The notes: generated by a model from the letters alone, not told the origin. 20,000 nucleotides of DNA from an uncultured virus (IMG/VR IMGVR_UViG_3300046692_000581) (IMGVR_UViG_3300046692_000581); one strand, 5' to 3'. Counted from the first letter of the stretch, positions 1-8,405 are shown. Translations and numbers: made by a program.

Positions 1-101
1 TTGTGCCACTTACGAAATGCCTTATGGAGATCAAATAGCATCTTGAATGCCAATAAGGTGGCTATGACAGCGGCAATATAGAAATATGTTGTGTCAGACA
101 T
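1..101 (-). CDS. N-terminal part of a small membrane protein (runs off the window edge)
   Basis: Manual translation MSDTTYFYIAAVIATLLAFKMLFDLHKAFRSGT...; ATG at 101 with GAAGG upstream; hydrophobic N-terminal segment; same strand as the neighbouring genes. Confidence 0.55.
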   Translation of the reverse strand, partial: MSDTTYFYIAAVIATLLAFKMLFDLHKAFRKWH

Positions 102-189
102 CGCGTGACCTTCATGAAGTAAGTGGGGAGTTTAAATTGAGCCTACCTTGGAATCATGACAAATAAAGTAAGCCAAAATTCGAGTGTGT

Positions 190-393
190 TTAAGCGAGAA
201 TAACTCTGCGGCCTTTGTAGCCTTTTAGCATTTGATCCAGGCGGTCTTTTGCATAGCAGTGTGCACACGCCCGGTCTTCCCGTGGGAGGCAGCGACCATG
301 TGGTTGTTGCATATCCCGGTAGCATTCCATGGCTTCATGATAAAGTTCAGCGTGGATTGCTAGATTTGGATCTGGCTTTGTTTGGTGAGTCAT
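190..393 (-). CDS. hypothetical protein, 67 aa (Cys/His cluster HGRC...CAHC)
   Basis: ORF track; AGAGGA RBS upstream; co-oriented with the 442..1212 ORF. Confidence 0.7.
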   Translation of the reverse strand: MTHQTKPDPNLAIHAELYHEAMECYRDMQQPHGRCLPREDRACAHCYAKDRLDQMLKGYKGRRVILA

Positions 394-441
394 TAAAATA
401 ATCCTCTTATTTCGGTGATCATTAGTAAATTGCCCGAATTA

Positions 442-1212
442 TTAGGTTTTTAGATTGCTGTACTGTCCAATTGGCGCGAGTACGATATCTGCGGGCGTCA
501 ATTCAATCGGATCTGGGTTCCATTTAGGATGCATTGCATCAATCGTGACGCTCCCATAATCAATAATAGCGTTCTCTGCGTTAATTCCGGCGATAGCCAA
601 CTCAATTGATTCTTGTCGCAACCGCTGTTTCGCCAGAATATTTCGGGCGTCGACCTCATCTTGGATCTTCTTATCCTGGAGATTGCGCGTCTCAGCATCT
701 TGCTGTTGACGAATGTATTCTTCCCTTCGACGTCGTTGATCGTCCAGTTTTTTTGCCTGTTCTTCCGGATCAATCGCGGTGATGGATATAACCGGCGCTT
801 GGATCGCCGATTCAAATTCCACATGCTCAAAGTCCTCACTTTTAACCAAAGTGGCATCAAGTTCGGCTTCTGGGGCATCTTCGAAGACTGCTGCTGTGCT
901 GGCACTGGCCGGAAGGGATTTGTCGTTAGCCATGACACTCAACTCCTCATTGGCGCGACTCACGGACTCGTTTTCGAATTGCCTTACGTCGCGACGCCAT
1001 CTGCGCCACAATTGATGATCGACATGACGATGATCGCTGGGTGGTATCCGCTTGTTTCCAACCGAGCAAATTGACCACTTAGGTTCAATCAAGATCTTTT
1101 TTTCTTGATCTTGCCCTGCACTGTTCAGAGATTTTTTGTGTGAGGCGGTATTCTGAGATGTGGTTTTTTGCTTGTTACCAAATAGGGACATGAAACGCTT
1201 GAAAAACCGCAT
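442..1212 (-). CDS. hypothetical protein, 256 aa, charged coiled-coil-like region
   Basis: Long ORF with a Q/R/E-rich helix (EEQAKKLDDQRRRREEYIRQQQ); promoter upstream. Confidence 0.75.
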   Translation of the reverse strand: MRFFKRFMSLFGNKQKTTSQNTASHKKSLNSAGQDQEKKILIEPKWSICSVGNKRIPPSDHRHVDHQLWRRWRRDVRQFENESVSRANEELSVMANDKSLPASASTAAVFEDAPEAELDATLVKSEDFEHVEFESAIQAPVISITAIDPEEQAKKLDDQRRRREEYIRQQQDAETRNLQDKKIQDEVDARNILAKQRLRQESIELAIAGINAENAIIDYGSVTIDAMHPKWNPDPIELTPADIVLAPIGQYSNLKT

Positions 1213-1276
1213 TCTTTATACCTTATAGCTGTTTTATTGGATTATGTCGCGCTCATTTTAGCAACCACATCCAGCT

Positions 1277-1306
1277 ATAATATCGAAATATGACCAAATA
1301 TGTCAA
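1277..1306 (-). promoter_or_regulatory. sigma70 promoter TTGACA-18-TATTAT
   Basis: Read from the reverse complement; upstream of 442..1212. Confidence 0.6.
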
Positions 1307-1315
1307 GGTATACGG

Positions 1316-1609
1316 CTAGGCGGCTATCTTTATGCTTCTCAAATGAAGGGGGGTTTTTTGTGAGGCAGCCAAATGAATTTTCTTTTTCGGCAAGGTGAAT
1401 TTTCGTTCGTCCGGCACTCGCTCGATCAATCCCATTTTGGTCATCATCCATACGTCGCCGCCTGTTAGAGACAAGCGTACCCAGGTATCATTGCTTGTGC
1501 GAGCATGCCAAGCGGCGGAGCTTGCTTGTGCTTGTGAAAGCTGGTCGCAACCACTGCGTAGAGCAGAGAGGCAGCGAATTTGACGATGGTTAAGCTGTTT
1601 ATTTTTCAT
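1316..1609 (-). CDS. small basic hypothetical protein, possibly winged-helix-like
   Basis: ORF 1316..1621 with the ATG at 1609 preferred; dedicated promoter at 1636-1663. Confidence 0.55.
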   Translation of the reverse strand: MKNKQLNHRQIRCLSALRSGCDQLSQAQASSAAWHARTSNDTWVRLSLTGGDVWMMTKMGLIERVPDERKFTLPKKKIHLAASQKTPLHLRSIKIAA

Positions 1610-1635
1610 GGCGCAATCCAAAATCGAAGGGCAAT

Positions 1636-1663
1636 ATTATAGGGTTATATTTTATTTTGTCAA
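1636..1663 (-). promoter_or_regulatory. sigma70 promoter TTGACA-16-TATAAT
   Basis: Perfect -35 and -10 hexamers on the minus strand. Confidence 0.7.
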
Positions 1664-1788
1664 TAAACATGGTGGTGTCATTTTGTTGTCTTTACTGGAA
1701 GAATTGCTCTATTTCTGTCATGATTCATCACAAAATATGTGCTGATCATTTCAGCTCAAAATGTTCTGCCTCATTAAAAGGAATTGTA

Positions 1789-2295
1789 ATGTTGCTTGAA
1801 TCTAAAATTGAGTCCAACACTAGACATCTTGAATCGATCATGGAGCAGGCAGACCTCTATGCTTTCCAGTTCAGCGATCTGGGCTTGAACGGGCAATCAA
1901 TAGATAAGTCCGTCAGCGAGACTCATAAAGTTAAGGCCTTTCAAGAGCTTCAGAAACGAATTGCCCAAGCGCCCTTCAATGAGAGGGAAAAAGGCTTTGT
2001 GCTACAAAAAGCGAATGATTATGCGCAGGCTAAGGCCAGCGTTGATTCGGAGAGCGACCCCGGATTTTGCTTTGAAGAGGCTCAGGACGCTCGATACGAG
2101 CTACGAAAACTGGTCATCACGAGCTTGCTTGCAAAAGGCCAAGGGAATGCTTTTGAGGGGGCTATGAAGGCCGCAGAGGCGTTTGCAGTCAAGTCGGCAA
2201 GCATTGACTCGGCCTCTGACCAAAGAAAGGCGCTTATCGAGGCACATGCAGCCAAAGATGCGTTGGCTGATTCGATTATGCGCCTCATAAGTTGA
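1789..2295 (+). CDS. hypothetical all-alpha protein, 168 aa, with three internal repeats
   Basis: AAGGA RBS before ATG 1789, in frame with ORF 1657..2295; repeated (Q/K/A)A(D/N/E)x(Y/F)A...L helical-hairpin units. Confidence 0.75.
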   Translation: MLLESKIESNTRHLESIMEQADLYAFQFSDLGLNGQSIDKSVSETHKVKAFQELQKRIAQAPFNEREKGFVLQKANDYAQAKASVDSESDPGFCFEEAQDARYELRKLVITSLLAKGQGNAFEGAMKAAEAFAVKSASIDSASDQRKALIEAHAAKDALADSIMRLIS

Positions 2296-2310
2296 ATGTT
2301 TAGCGCTGCA

Positions 2311-2667
2311 TCAATCCTTCAGATCCATGAAAGTCTCCACCGGGATTTTAAGGTGCTGATGCAGCTTCTGGATCATGGCATCTGTCAGGGGGCTCTCGCC
2401 CGAGATAATCGACTCAACCTCTGAGGGCGATCCCAGATACTGCCCCATGTCTGAGGCAGACAGATTCAGGCGATCCATCTGAAATTGGAGCATTTCATGG
2501 GGCTTAGGCTTTTCCATCGGAAACCGAACGGCTTCATACGCATGGACAATGTCGACCAGCGCGTTCAGCTCTTCCAGTTCCGGGCCGTCTTGAGCGCCGA
2601 AAATCTCTTCAACTCGCTTAAGTGCGATATTCAGTTCTTCATCGTTTGTAACGCTGGTAATGGTCAT
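2311..2667 (-). CDS. higA: HigA-like antitoxin / XRE HTH protein (orphan)
   Basis: Pattern TNDEELNIALKRVEEIF...ELNALVDIVHAYEAVRFPM...P..MLQFQMD..NL...DM..YLGS.S.V..I.SG..PLT..MIQKLH..LKIP matches the HigA (E. coli YgjM-type) family. Confidence 0.8.
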   Translation of the reverse strand: MTITSVTNDEELNIALKRVEEIFGAQDGPELEELNALVDIVHAYEAVRFPMEKPKPHEMLQFQMDRLNLSASDMGQYLGSPSEVESIISGESPLTDAMIQKLHQHLKIPVETFMDLKD

Positions 2668-2690
2668 CGGTAATCCTAATGTAATTTACG

Positions 2691-3011
2691 TTATCGAAAT
2701 TCGATCTCGCTGGCGTCAATCTTGGCAATGATTCCACCGTCAAGCATCCGAATCAATCGCCCATCATCAAACTCAACAATGATCTGATCGTAAGAGAATG
2801 AGCTGTGTTTAGCCCCTTTTTCCGCAGTCGACTTTGTCCATTTGTTGGACTCCATGATCGAAGTCAAGCTCCGCCAGGAATCTTCTTTTTTGCCGCAGTA
2901 ATCGCTCCAGTACATGACGGCATAAGCGGTTTTGACGCCTTTCCCCAGCAAGTCCTTCACGATGGCGGTAACAACGGGCGAACGCTTCGCCAAAAACAAG
3001 GAGTCATTCAT
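2691..3011 (-). CDS. hypothetical protein, 106 aa
   Basis: ORF overlapping the upstream HAD gene by ATGA (translational coupling). Confidence 0.75.
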   Translation of the reverse strand: MNDSLFLAKRSPVVTAIVKDLLGKGVKTAYAVMYWSDYCGKKEDSWRSLTSIMESNKWTKSTAEKGAKHSSFSYDQIIVEFDDGRLIRMLDGGIIAKIDASEIEFR

Positions 3012-3571
3012 GAATAGGTGCCTTCAGTCTCTTCTATTGGATTGGCTGCTACCAGTACGCGAGCTTCCTTCAATTTCATTTTTGCTGGAAAGCTCGTCCA
3101 GGCATCGAGGGTTTCGTCGTTGTAGATCCCACTCAAATGTTGAATGAACACGATTGCCTCAACAGGCAGCCCATCGTAATTGGCCTTGATATGATGAATG
3201 CCATTGACTTCAACGGGCTCGTCGTCGATGGCAAAATACACCTCGCCCTCTTCGTAGCCGTATTCATCCATCCAGGCTTGAATTTCTTTTGTGCGCCCAT
3301 TGCTTTGACCTTCGTCGCAATTTTGTGTGTAGCCAGTTCGCCATACGTGGTGAAAGGTCATGCCGCGCAGGCCGTATTTTCTTTCCAACAGCTCAGCGGC
3401 GTGTACGGGGTCTTTACAAGCCGACCTCACGGTTGATGCCAACACAAGGCGCACTCCCGGTACTTGCAGTAGATTATTGACGACTGCCACGGCAACAGGA
3501 TCGTATTTCAGGCTCGCCAAGCCGCTTCTCATACTTTGTATTGGGCCGTCGATATCCAAAAACACGATCAT
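3008..3571 (-). CDS. HAD-superfamily phosphatase (Swiss-Army-Knife RNA-repair-like HAD domain)
   Basis: Motif I FLDIDG, motif II LVLASTVR, GR..EI..W, motif IV YFAIDDE; AAGGA RBS. Confidence 0.8.
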   Translation of the reverse strand: MIVFLDIDGPIQSMRSGLASLKYDPVAVAVVNNLLQVPGVRLVLASTVRSACKDPVHAAELLERKYGLRGMTFHHVWRTGYTQNCDEGQSNGRTKEIQAWMDEYGYEEGEVYFAIDDEPVEVNGIHHIKANYDGLPVEAIVFIQHLSGIYNDETLDAWTSFPAKMKLKEARVLVAANPIEETEGTYS

Positions 3572-3660
3572 AGAGAAGTATCCTTATTGTTACGTTCTGA
3601 CAAATTTGTGGGTTTGGAGCAATGCATGACACGCTTTGCGTGAAGGTTCCAGCGGGTGCT

Positions 3661-3690
3661 AGTCTACTCTTTGCACTTTTGATTTGTCAA
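3661..3690 (-). promoter_or_regulatory. sigma70 promoter TTGACA-18-TAGACT for the HAD-hypothetical-higA operon
   Basis: Read from the reverse complement. Confidence 0.55.
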
Positions 3691-3700
3691 TATAATAAAC

Positions 3701-3728
3701 ATAAAAGCCCAGGCATTGGCCTGGGCTT
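3701..3728 (-). terminator. intrinsic terminator
   Basis: AAGCCCAGGC/GCCTGGGCTT 10-bp stem with a T-run on the minus strand, just after the 3732..3986 ORF. Confidence 0.8.
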
Positions 3729-3731
3729 AGA

Positions 3732-3986
3732 TTACAGCAAATGCGCGGATTGCCGGTTCCTGTAGTAGTTTTTCTTGGCCTCCTTGAACACAACCTCACC
3801 TCCGTCTGGTTTAAGGTATGGCACAAGCTGAAGCTTCGATACAGCAAGAAGACGCCATTGCTGGTAGACGTTCAGTTCGAGCGTGGTCAAGTGCTCGCCA
3901 TTGCGTTTACGCACAATGATTTCATACAGGTTGATTGGAACCCAACGTTCTTTGCGCTTGTGTTGAATGTGTGACGTTTCCATCAT
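3732..3986 (-). CDS. hypothetical basic protein, 84 aa
   Basis: GGAG RBS; terminator immediately downstream. Confidence 0.7.
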   Translation of the reverse strand: MMETSHIQHKRKERWVPINLYEIIVRKRNGEHLTTLELNVYQQWRLLAVSKLQLVPYLKPDGGEVVFKEAKKNYYRNRQSAHLL

Positions 3987-4083
3987 GATCTCCAGTTAGA
4001 CTAGACCCATGAGTACCACCGAACCGCTGGATAGATTCGCCGAAAGGCGGTTACGGGGGAAGTTAAGCCCTCCCCCGTTCGTG

Positions 4084-5583
4084 TTAGATAATCTGAAACG
4101 AAATGCGGCCTTCTCGCAAGTTAAGACTCACGGTATGGAATTGAGTAAGGGTCATCGCCTTTTCCCACATCACCACGGGCACATTCATCTCGCGACCTAC
4201 AACAGCAAGGTGAGCTAGTTTTCCACCTGTGGCGCAGATCAGTGCTGATTTATGCTGGCTCGCAGATCGAAGCGCGGCATCGTATTCAACCCCTGCATGC
4301 GGAATGACCCCGATTTGTCCTTTCTTCAGGGTCTCCCCAGGCTGAAGCAACCGCACTTTGCCGGATACGTACTGCCGATCAGACTTCGACAGGGGAATGA
4401 AGTCAAAGCTTGCCAATTCAGAGACAACTTCCATCCGGTAGTGGTAGCTGCTCAGCTCGATGGCACGCTCTTTATCGTAAAACGCATCAAGATCAAGCCC
4501 GGCACCAATTACCCAATCACTGTGATACGGATTGTCATTTGGCATTTTCATGCCCGTAGGGCAAACAGAACGCCATTCATCATGAATACCCAGCTCCACA
4601 CCCGGCACATTGTCTAGCGACCATTTGTAAAACGCCAGTTTTGGAACCAACAGGAACCGGTCAAATGCCGAGGTGTCGATTTCAGCTTGCTGACCCTTTT
4701 CTTGAGGGCTTTTCAATTTGTAGATAGGCAGCTTCAACCACCCTTCCCCGTCTTGTGGGCCCGCTTTTTCGATAATTTCCTTGCGCAATTGCGTAATGCC
4801 ATCGGCGCGAAGCATATCCTCAACGTCGTACTTGTCTTGCTCCTCTTCAGGAGTCAGGCGATTGGTTCGATCCATCAGGTAAGCAGCATAGGCTTTAGGA
4901 TCAGAACGTTTCTTGTCGAGCACTTCGCTCCAGGCGCCCGTTTCCTGAAGGGTGCGGCGTTCCACGTAAGCCTCTATGGCTTCATATGGATCGGTATGAG
5001 GCGTAATCCATAGTGGATAGTCAGAAACCTGTTTCCAGATCACTGCCATCTCCTCAGGGCGTGTGGCATCGCGAAATTCCATGCGAATGGTGTTTCCACG
5101 ATCAGTCGGGAACGTAGCGAAGCGCGTTTCATTGGCATAGTGCAGGATTCGTGCTTTCAGGAACTGGTCGTCGTACCATTCGCACTGCTCGGACAGTTCA
5201 AGCAAAGGTTCGTAGTCTTCAGGGCCAAGTACGCCGATCTTGTATTCCGGTTGGTAGACGTTATCGCCTTCGCGGTACAGGCCAGCATATTGAAAGCCGA
5301 GAGTATCCAGATAGCCCAGGATTTGCGGATTCTTAGGATCAGCCTCGAAAATGCACATGTCAGCATTGGCTGTGGAGCCTTTCATGTCCAGGCGCCCCTC
5401 AAGAAGACCGAGTGCCAGTTCCATGGTGATGTGCTCAGGATCAGTGCCGATCAACAGCTTCAGCGCCCCGCGCCAGTCCTTGGACAGCACTTGCAGTCGA
5501 GCATGCTCGATGATGGCCGAGCTATCAATATTGAAGCTCACACTGACTTGCTTGAGGGCGGCGTTTCTCATTGACTGATCCAT
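4084..5583 (-). CDS. 499-aa protein with a C-terminal PEP-utilising enzyme mobile (phospho-His swivel) domain
   Basis: C-terminal SGKV....GETLKKGQIGV...SALICATGGKLAHLAVVGREMNVPVV resembles the GG.tsH.aivaRE.g.P.v signature; N-terminal ~400 aa unrecognised. Confidence 0.75.
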   Translation of the reverse strand: MDQSMRNAALKQVSVSFNIDSSAIIEHARLQVLSKDWRGALKLLIGTDPEHITMELALGLLEGRLDMKGSTANADMCIFEADPKNPQILGYLDTLGFQYAGLYREGDNVYQPEYKIGVLGPEDYEPLLELSEQCEWYDDQFLKARILHYANETRFATFPTDRGNTIRMEFRDATRPEEMAVIWKQVSDYPLWITPHTDPYEAIEAYVERRTLQETGAWSEVLDKKRSDPKAYAAYLMDRTNRLTPEEEQDKYDVEDMLRADGITQLRKEIIEKAGPQDGEGWLKLPIYKLKSPQEKGQQAEIDTSAFDRFLLVPKLAFYKWSLDNVPGVELGIHDEWRSVCPTGMKMPNDNPYHSDWVIGAGLDLDAFYDKERAIELSSYHYRMEVVSELASFDFIPLSKSDRQYVSGKVRLLQPGETLKKGQIGVIPHAGVEYDAALRSASQHKSALICATGGKLAHLAVVGREMNVPVVMWEKAMTLTQFHTVSLNLREGRISFQII

Positions 5584-5603
5584 GAAGTTGATTCGATGGA
5601 GTG

Positions 5604-5632
5604 ACTATAGCGGAAAATGAATTTGATGTCAA
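5604..5632 (-). promoter_or_regulatory. sigma70 promoter TTGACA-17-TATAGT
   Basis: Just upstream of ATG 5583; the -35 lies inside an 11-bp inverted repeat (5623-5647). Confidence 0.7.
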
Positions 5633-5671
5633 TGCAATTGACATCAATGAGCATTTTTGTGTGATCAATGG

Positions 5672-5824
5672 TCAGTGCCTGGACATCAAAAGCTCAGCGC
5701 CCTTTGGACTATCTGGTTCCACTTCAGTGGGTGGTAGGTTGATTGTGAGCACCATAATAACGGTGGCAATAATCACAATCGTGGGCATGACATACCACGC
5801 CCAGGGCTTATCTTTGTTAGACAT
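5672..5824 (-). CDS. small single-pass membrane protein, 50 aa (not in ORF track)
   Basis: MSNKDKPWAWYVMPTIVIIATVIMVLTINLPPTEVEPDSPKGAELLMSRH*; clean TM segment; fills the gap between promoters. Confidence 0.55.
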   Translation of the reverse strand: MSNKDKPWAWYVMPTIVIIATVIMVLTINLPPTEVEPDSPKGAELLMSRH

Positions 5825-5933
5825 GAATGGGAGCCTATTATTGTGTAGGGCTATGATCTATAATTGGCCAATAATATACCGGATATTGGATAAAAAGCCA
5901 GCCGACCTCCACTTTTAATTCGTGACAATGCTA

Positions 5934-5962
5934 TTGACATTAATGTGTGTTTTGGCTATATT
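5934..5962 (+). promoter_or_regulatory. sigma70 promoter TTGACA-17-TATATT
   Basis: Upstream of ATG 6025. Confidence 0.7.
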
Positions 5963-6024
5963 GAGTTCATTAAATACGAACTGGCCAATTTGGCACTCTC
6001 CAACGAATAGAAAGGATACTTGTC

Positions 6025-6501
6025 ATGAACAACGGCGCAGCAGTGAAAACGAATGATCTTCTCCAGATCGGAGATGTGTTTGCTGTAAAGTCTGGGTTGA
6101 AAATCATGGTGAAGATCCCTGAGATGTTCATCTTCGATAACAAGCGAACTTCCAAAGAACTTGGAAGCACCATCATTTCAGTAGGTGAAGTTAAGGACAA
6201 CGGTGGCCGCAAAAAATTCAAGACGTCGCAGTTTGAAGGTGAATACTTGGTTGTGGATGCCAAGATGGATGGTGGCAGTGATTATAATGATCGCGACTAC
6301 TATCCTCCAGGTCACCATGTGACGGCCAAGAAAATGGGCGCTGATGGCCAACCAGATGAAAATGGCGTGACCATCGACTTTTACCAGTCCGGATCGTTTA
6401 CCCATCGCAATGATCCGCAGACCACGCCTGTCCTGCGTCGTTATACCCGTGAAGTTCAGGTTATTTGGAAATCAGTTTCAATGCTTTTTCCAGAGGCTTG
6501 A
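6025..6501 (+). CDS. hypothetical beta-rich protein, 158 aa
   Basis: AAGGA RBS, own promoter and terminator; motifs GG...YPPGHHV and DFYQSGSF. Confidence 0.8.
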   Translation: MNNGAAVKTNDLLQIGDVFAVKSGLKIMVKIPEMFIFDNKRTSKELGSTIISVGEVKDNGGRKKFKTSQFEGEYLVVDAKMDGGSDYNDRDYYPPGHHVTAKKMGADGQPDENGVTIDFYQSGSFTHRNDPQTTPVLRRYTREVQVIWKSVSMLFPEA

Positions 6502-6528
6502 TACTCCTAGGCCCCACGAATATTCAAT

Positions 6529-6563
6529 AAAAAGCCCAAGCGCCTGAAGCACTTGGGCTTTTT
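6529..6563. terminator. bidirectional intrinsic terminator
   Basis: AAAAAGCCCAAG...CTTGGGCTTTTT between convergent genes. Confidence 0.85.
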
Positions 6564-6570
6564 AATGGCG

Positions 6571-8379
6571 TTAATTGAAATACTTCAGCGGGACAATTAG
6601 TTCGGCCTTGTTGGCATCATGAACTGTTTCAAAGTTGTCCATTGAATATGTCATTACAACATCTTTCAGCCAGTTCTTGGCAGTGCGATAATCCATTCCC
6701 TTCTGAATCTTCATAACAATGGCTTGAAGGCTTAGCTCGTCAAGAGTGAATGAGATTTTATTGCTGACGTCCATTTCAGAAATGGCGTCTTTGTACAAAT
6801 TCCTAGCAATTATAGGTGTATCACTGGATTTTGGCTGTTCAATATCAAAGACTCGGATTCGTTTTTTAAGAGCTTCATCCAGGCCATTAAGGTGATTGGC
6901 CGCGAAAATCCAAGAAACCCTACTTAAATCAACCGGGCATCGTGTGCACCCATCTACGAAGTTTTTTGCTTCTGCGGGATCTAGAAGGCTATTCAGCGCG
7001 TTCTCTGCCGGAATGCCATTAGAGTAGGGTTTGTTTATCAGGCCATGGAACTCATCAATAAACACAATGGGATTGATTCTGGATGTGTCGTTGACGAGTT
7101 GTGTAACCATGCCTTGACTGGAGGAGTTCCAGGTTTTTTGCAAGCCGGTTAAAATGCTGCCACAAGTAATCTGAGCGGAATGAATCAAGAGCTTGGGCAG
7201 GCTTAAAGTGACCGCTAGCTTTATACAGAAAGCCGTTTTACCCGTGCCACTTGGCCCCTTTAAACAAATTGGAGGGAAATTAAATGGTTTCTGATTGATA
7301 AGCGAGAGTTTTGCTTGTTGCTCAATAAAGCCAAGAACTTCATGGAAGTTCGGAAATTCCAACTTCATGTTTGTTATTTTCTGTACTTTCTCCTTCGTCA
7401 TAAGTTCAAAGAAAATATCTTTGGCCTCATTTTCATCTTTGGTCCAATAGAATTTAAATGTCCCATACAGTTGATTTGTGTCCGAGACAATGTTTGTTTT
7501 AGATAATACTGGAGGGATGATGGGTGTTAATTCAGAGCTGTTATATTCAGCGATTAGTTGCTTTTCTAATTCGCTTAGTTGCGGATTGGCTTTCATCAAT
7601 TTGTTTTTGTACATATGAAGTACGAATAGGCCAGCCTGTGGTTTGTGGGTAATATTACTAATCATGGCTGAACAAAATAGGCTGGATAGAGCTGTATTGA
7701 ATTGATCTCTGTCGAAATAAAAATCCATGCCCATGCGGAGTCCAAAACTTTCATCATCTTGCGTGCAGATGGCGTAGGCTAGCATGAGAAGGTATGCGCT
7801 TGCACTGCCTTCAACGGAATGATAGAAAGTTTTCACTTTATCGTCATCAACGATAATCATGATAGTGGACTTGATATCTTTGGCGATGGCTATCTTGTTC
7901 GCCTGGGATTCTAGCTTGGCGATTTTGTAGGTAATGCATGCCGCCAGGAATGCGGCAGCAGTATCGGTGGTGGCAGTTGCTTTATATCCTTCAATGGATA
8001 ACTTAAAGAGAGTGCTTTCTACATGCTTATAATTTTGCTTGAGATTAGTAGGAAGCATCCAATCGAAGTGCTTGATAATAAAATTCTTGGCAATATTTTG
8101 TGGTCGCTGCCGTTGAGCTTTAATGCCGATATTGAAGTCATGTTTGATGATCTTTTCAGACATGGCCTTAAAATCATCGCGATAACCCCAGTTAGATGAG
8201 TCGTCATGATTTACTGAGGCGATATAAATATCATTAATGTCTAAAAACACTTGCTTTTGAGAGTTCTGCTCACTGGCAGTTGAGTTTTCAAGGGATTTTT
8301 CATCCATGACCAGCAGTGCCTCAACAAGCTTTTTGATGTCTTCACCCTCATTGGTAATTTCTTTATTATTTTCAGCCAT
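6571..8379 (-). CDS. Lon-like AAA+ ATPase lacking the protease domain, 602 aa
   Basis: PPICLKGPSGTGKT (Walker A), NPIVFIDE (Walker B), LLDP...F.D.....PVDLS.V.WIFAAN...L...LK.R, as in the Lon AAA module; no Ser-Lys protease domain follows. Confidence 0.85.
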   Translation of the reverse strand: MAENNKEITNEGEDIKKLVEALLVMDEKSLENSTASEQNSQKQVFLDINDIYIASVNHDDSSNWGYRDDFKAMSEKIIKHDFNIGIKAQRQRPQNIAKNFIIKHFDWMLPTNLKQNYKHVESTLFKLSIEGYKATATTDTAAAFLAACITYKIAKLESQANKIAIAKDIKSTIMIIVDDDKVKTFYHSVEGSASAYLLMLAYAICTQDDESFGLRMGMDFYFDRDQFNTALSSLFCSAMISNITHKPQAGLFVLHMYKNKLMKANPQLSELEKQLIAEYNSSELTPIIPPVLSKTNIVSDTNQLYGTFKFYWTKDENEAKDIFFELMTKEKVQKITNMKLEFPNFHEVLGFIEQQAKLSLINQKPFNFPPICLKGPSGTGKTAFCIKLAVTLSLPKLLIHSAQITCGSILTGLQKTWNSSSQGMVTQLVNDTSRINPIVFIDEFHGLINKPYSNGIPAENALNSLLDPAEAKNFVDGCTRCPVDLSRVSWIFAANHLNGLDEALKKRIRVFDIEQPKSSDTPIIARNLYKDAISEMDVSNKISFTLDELSLQAIVMKIQKGMDYRTAKNWLKDVVMTYSMDNFETVHDANKAELIVPLKYFN

Positions 8380-8405
8380 GAAGTTTGCCTTTTAAGTTTG
8401 AATTT

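Noticed and set aside
2691..3011. HigB toxin upstream of higA
   Set aside because: Position and size fit, but I see no RelE/HigB motifs; a remote homologue cannot be fully excluded without a profile search.
5601..5918. 105-aa plus-strand ORF
   Set aside because: It overlaps a promoter and palindrome and is antisense to a more plausible small TM ORF.
7868..7876. Self-target of the putative TnpB guide (GACTTGATA) in the AAA gene
   Set aside because: Only a 9-nt match, plausible by chance in 20 kb.
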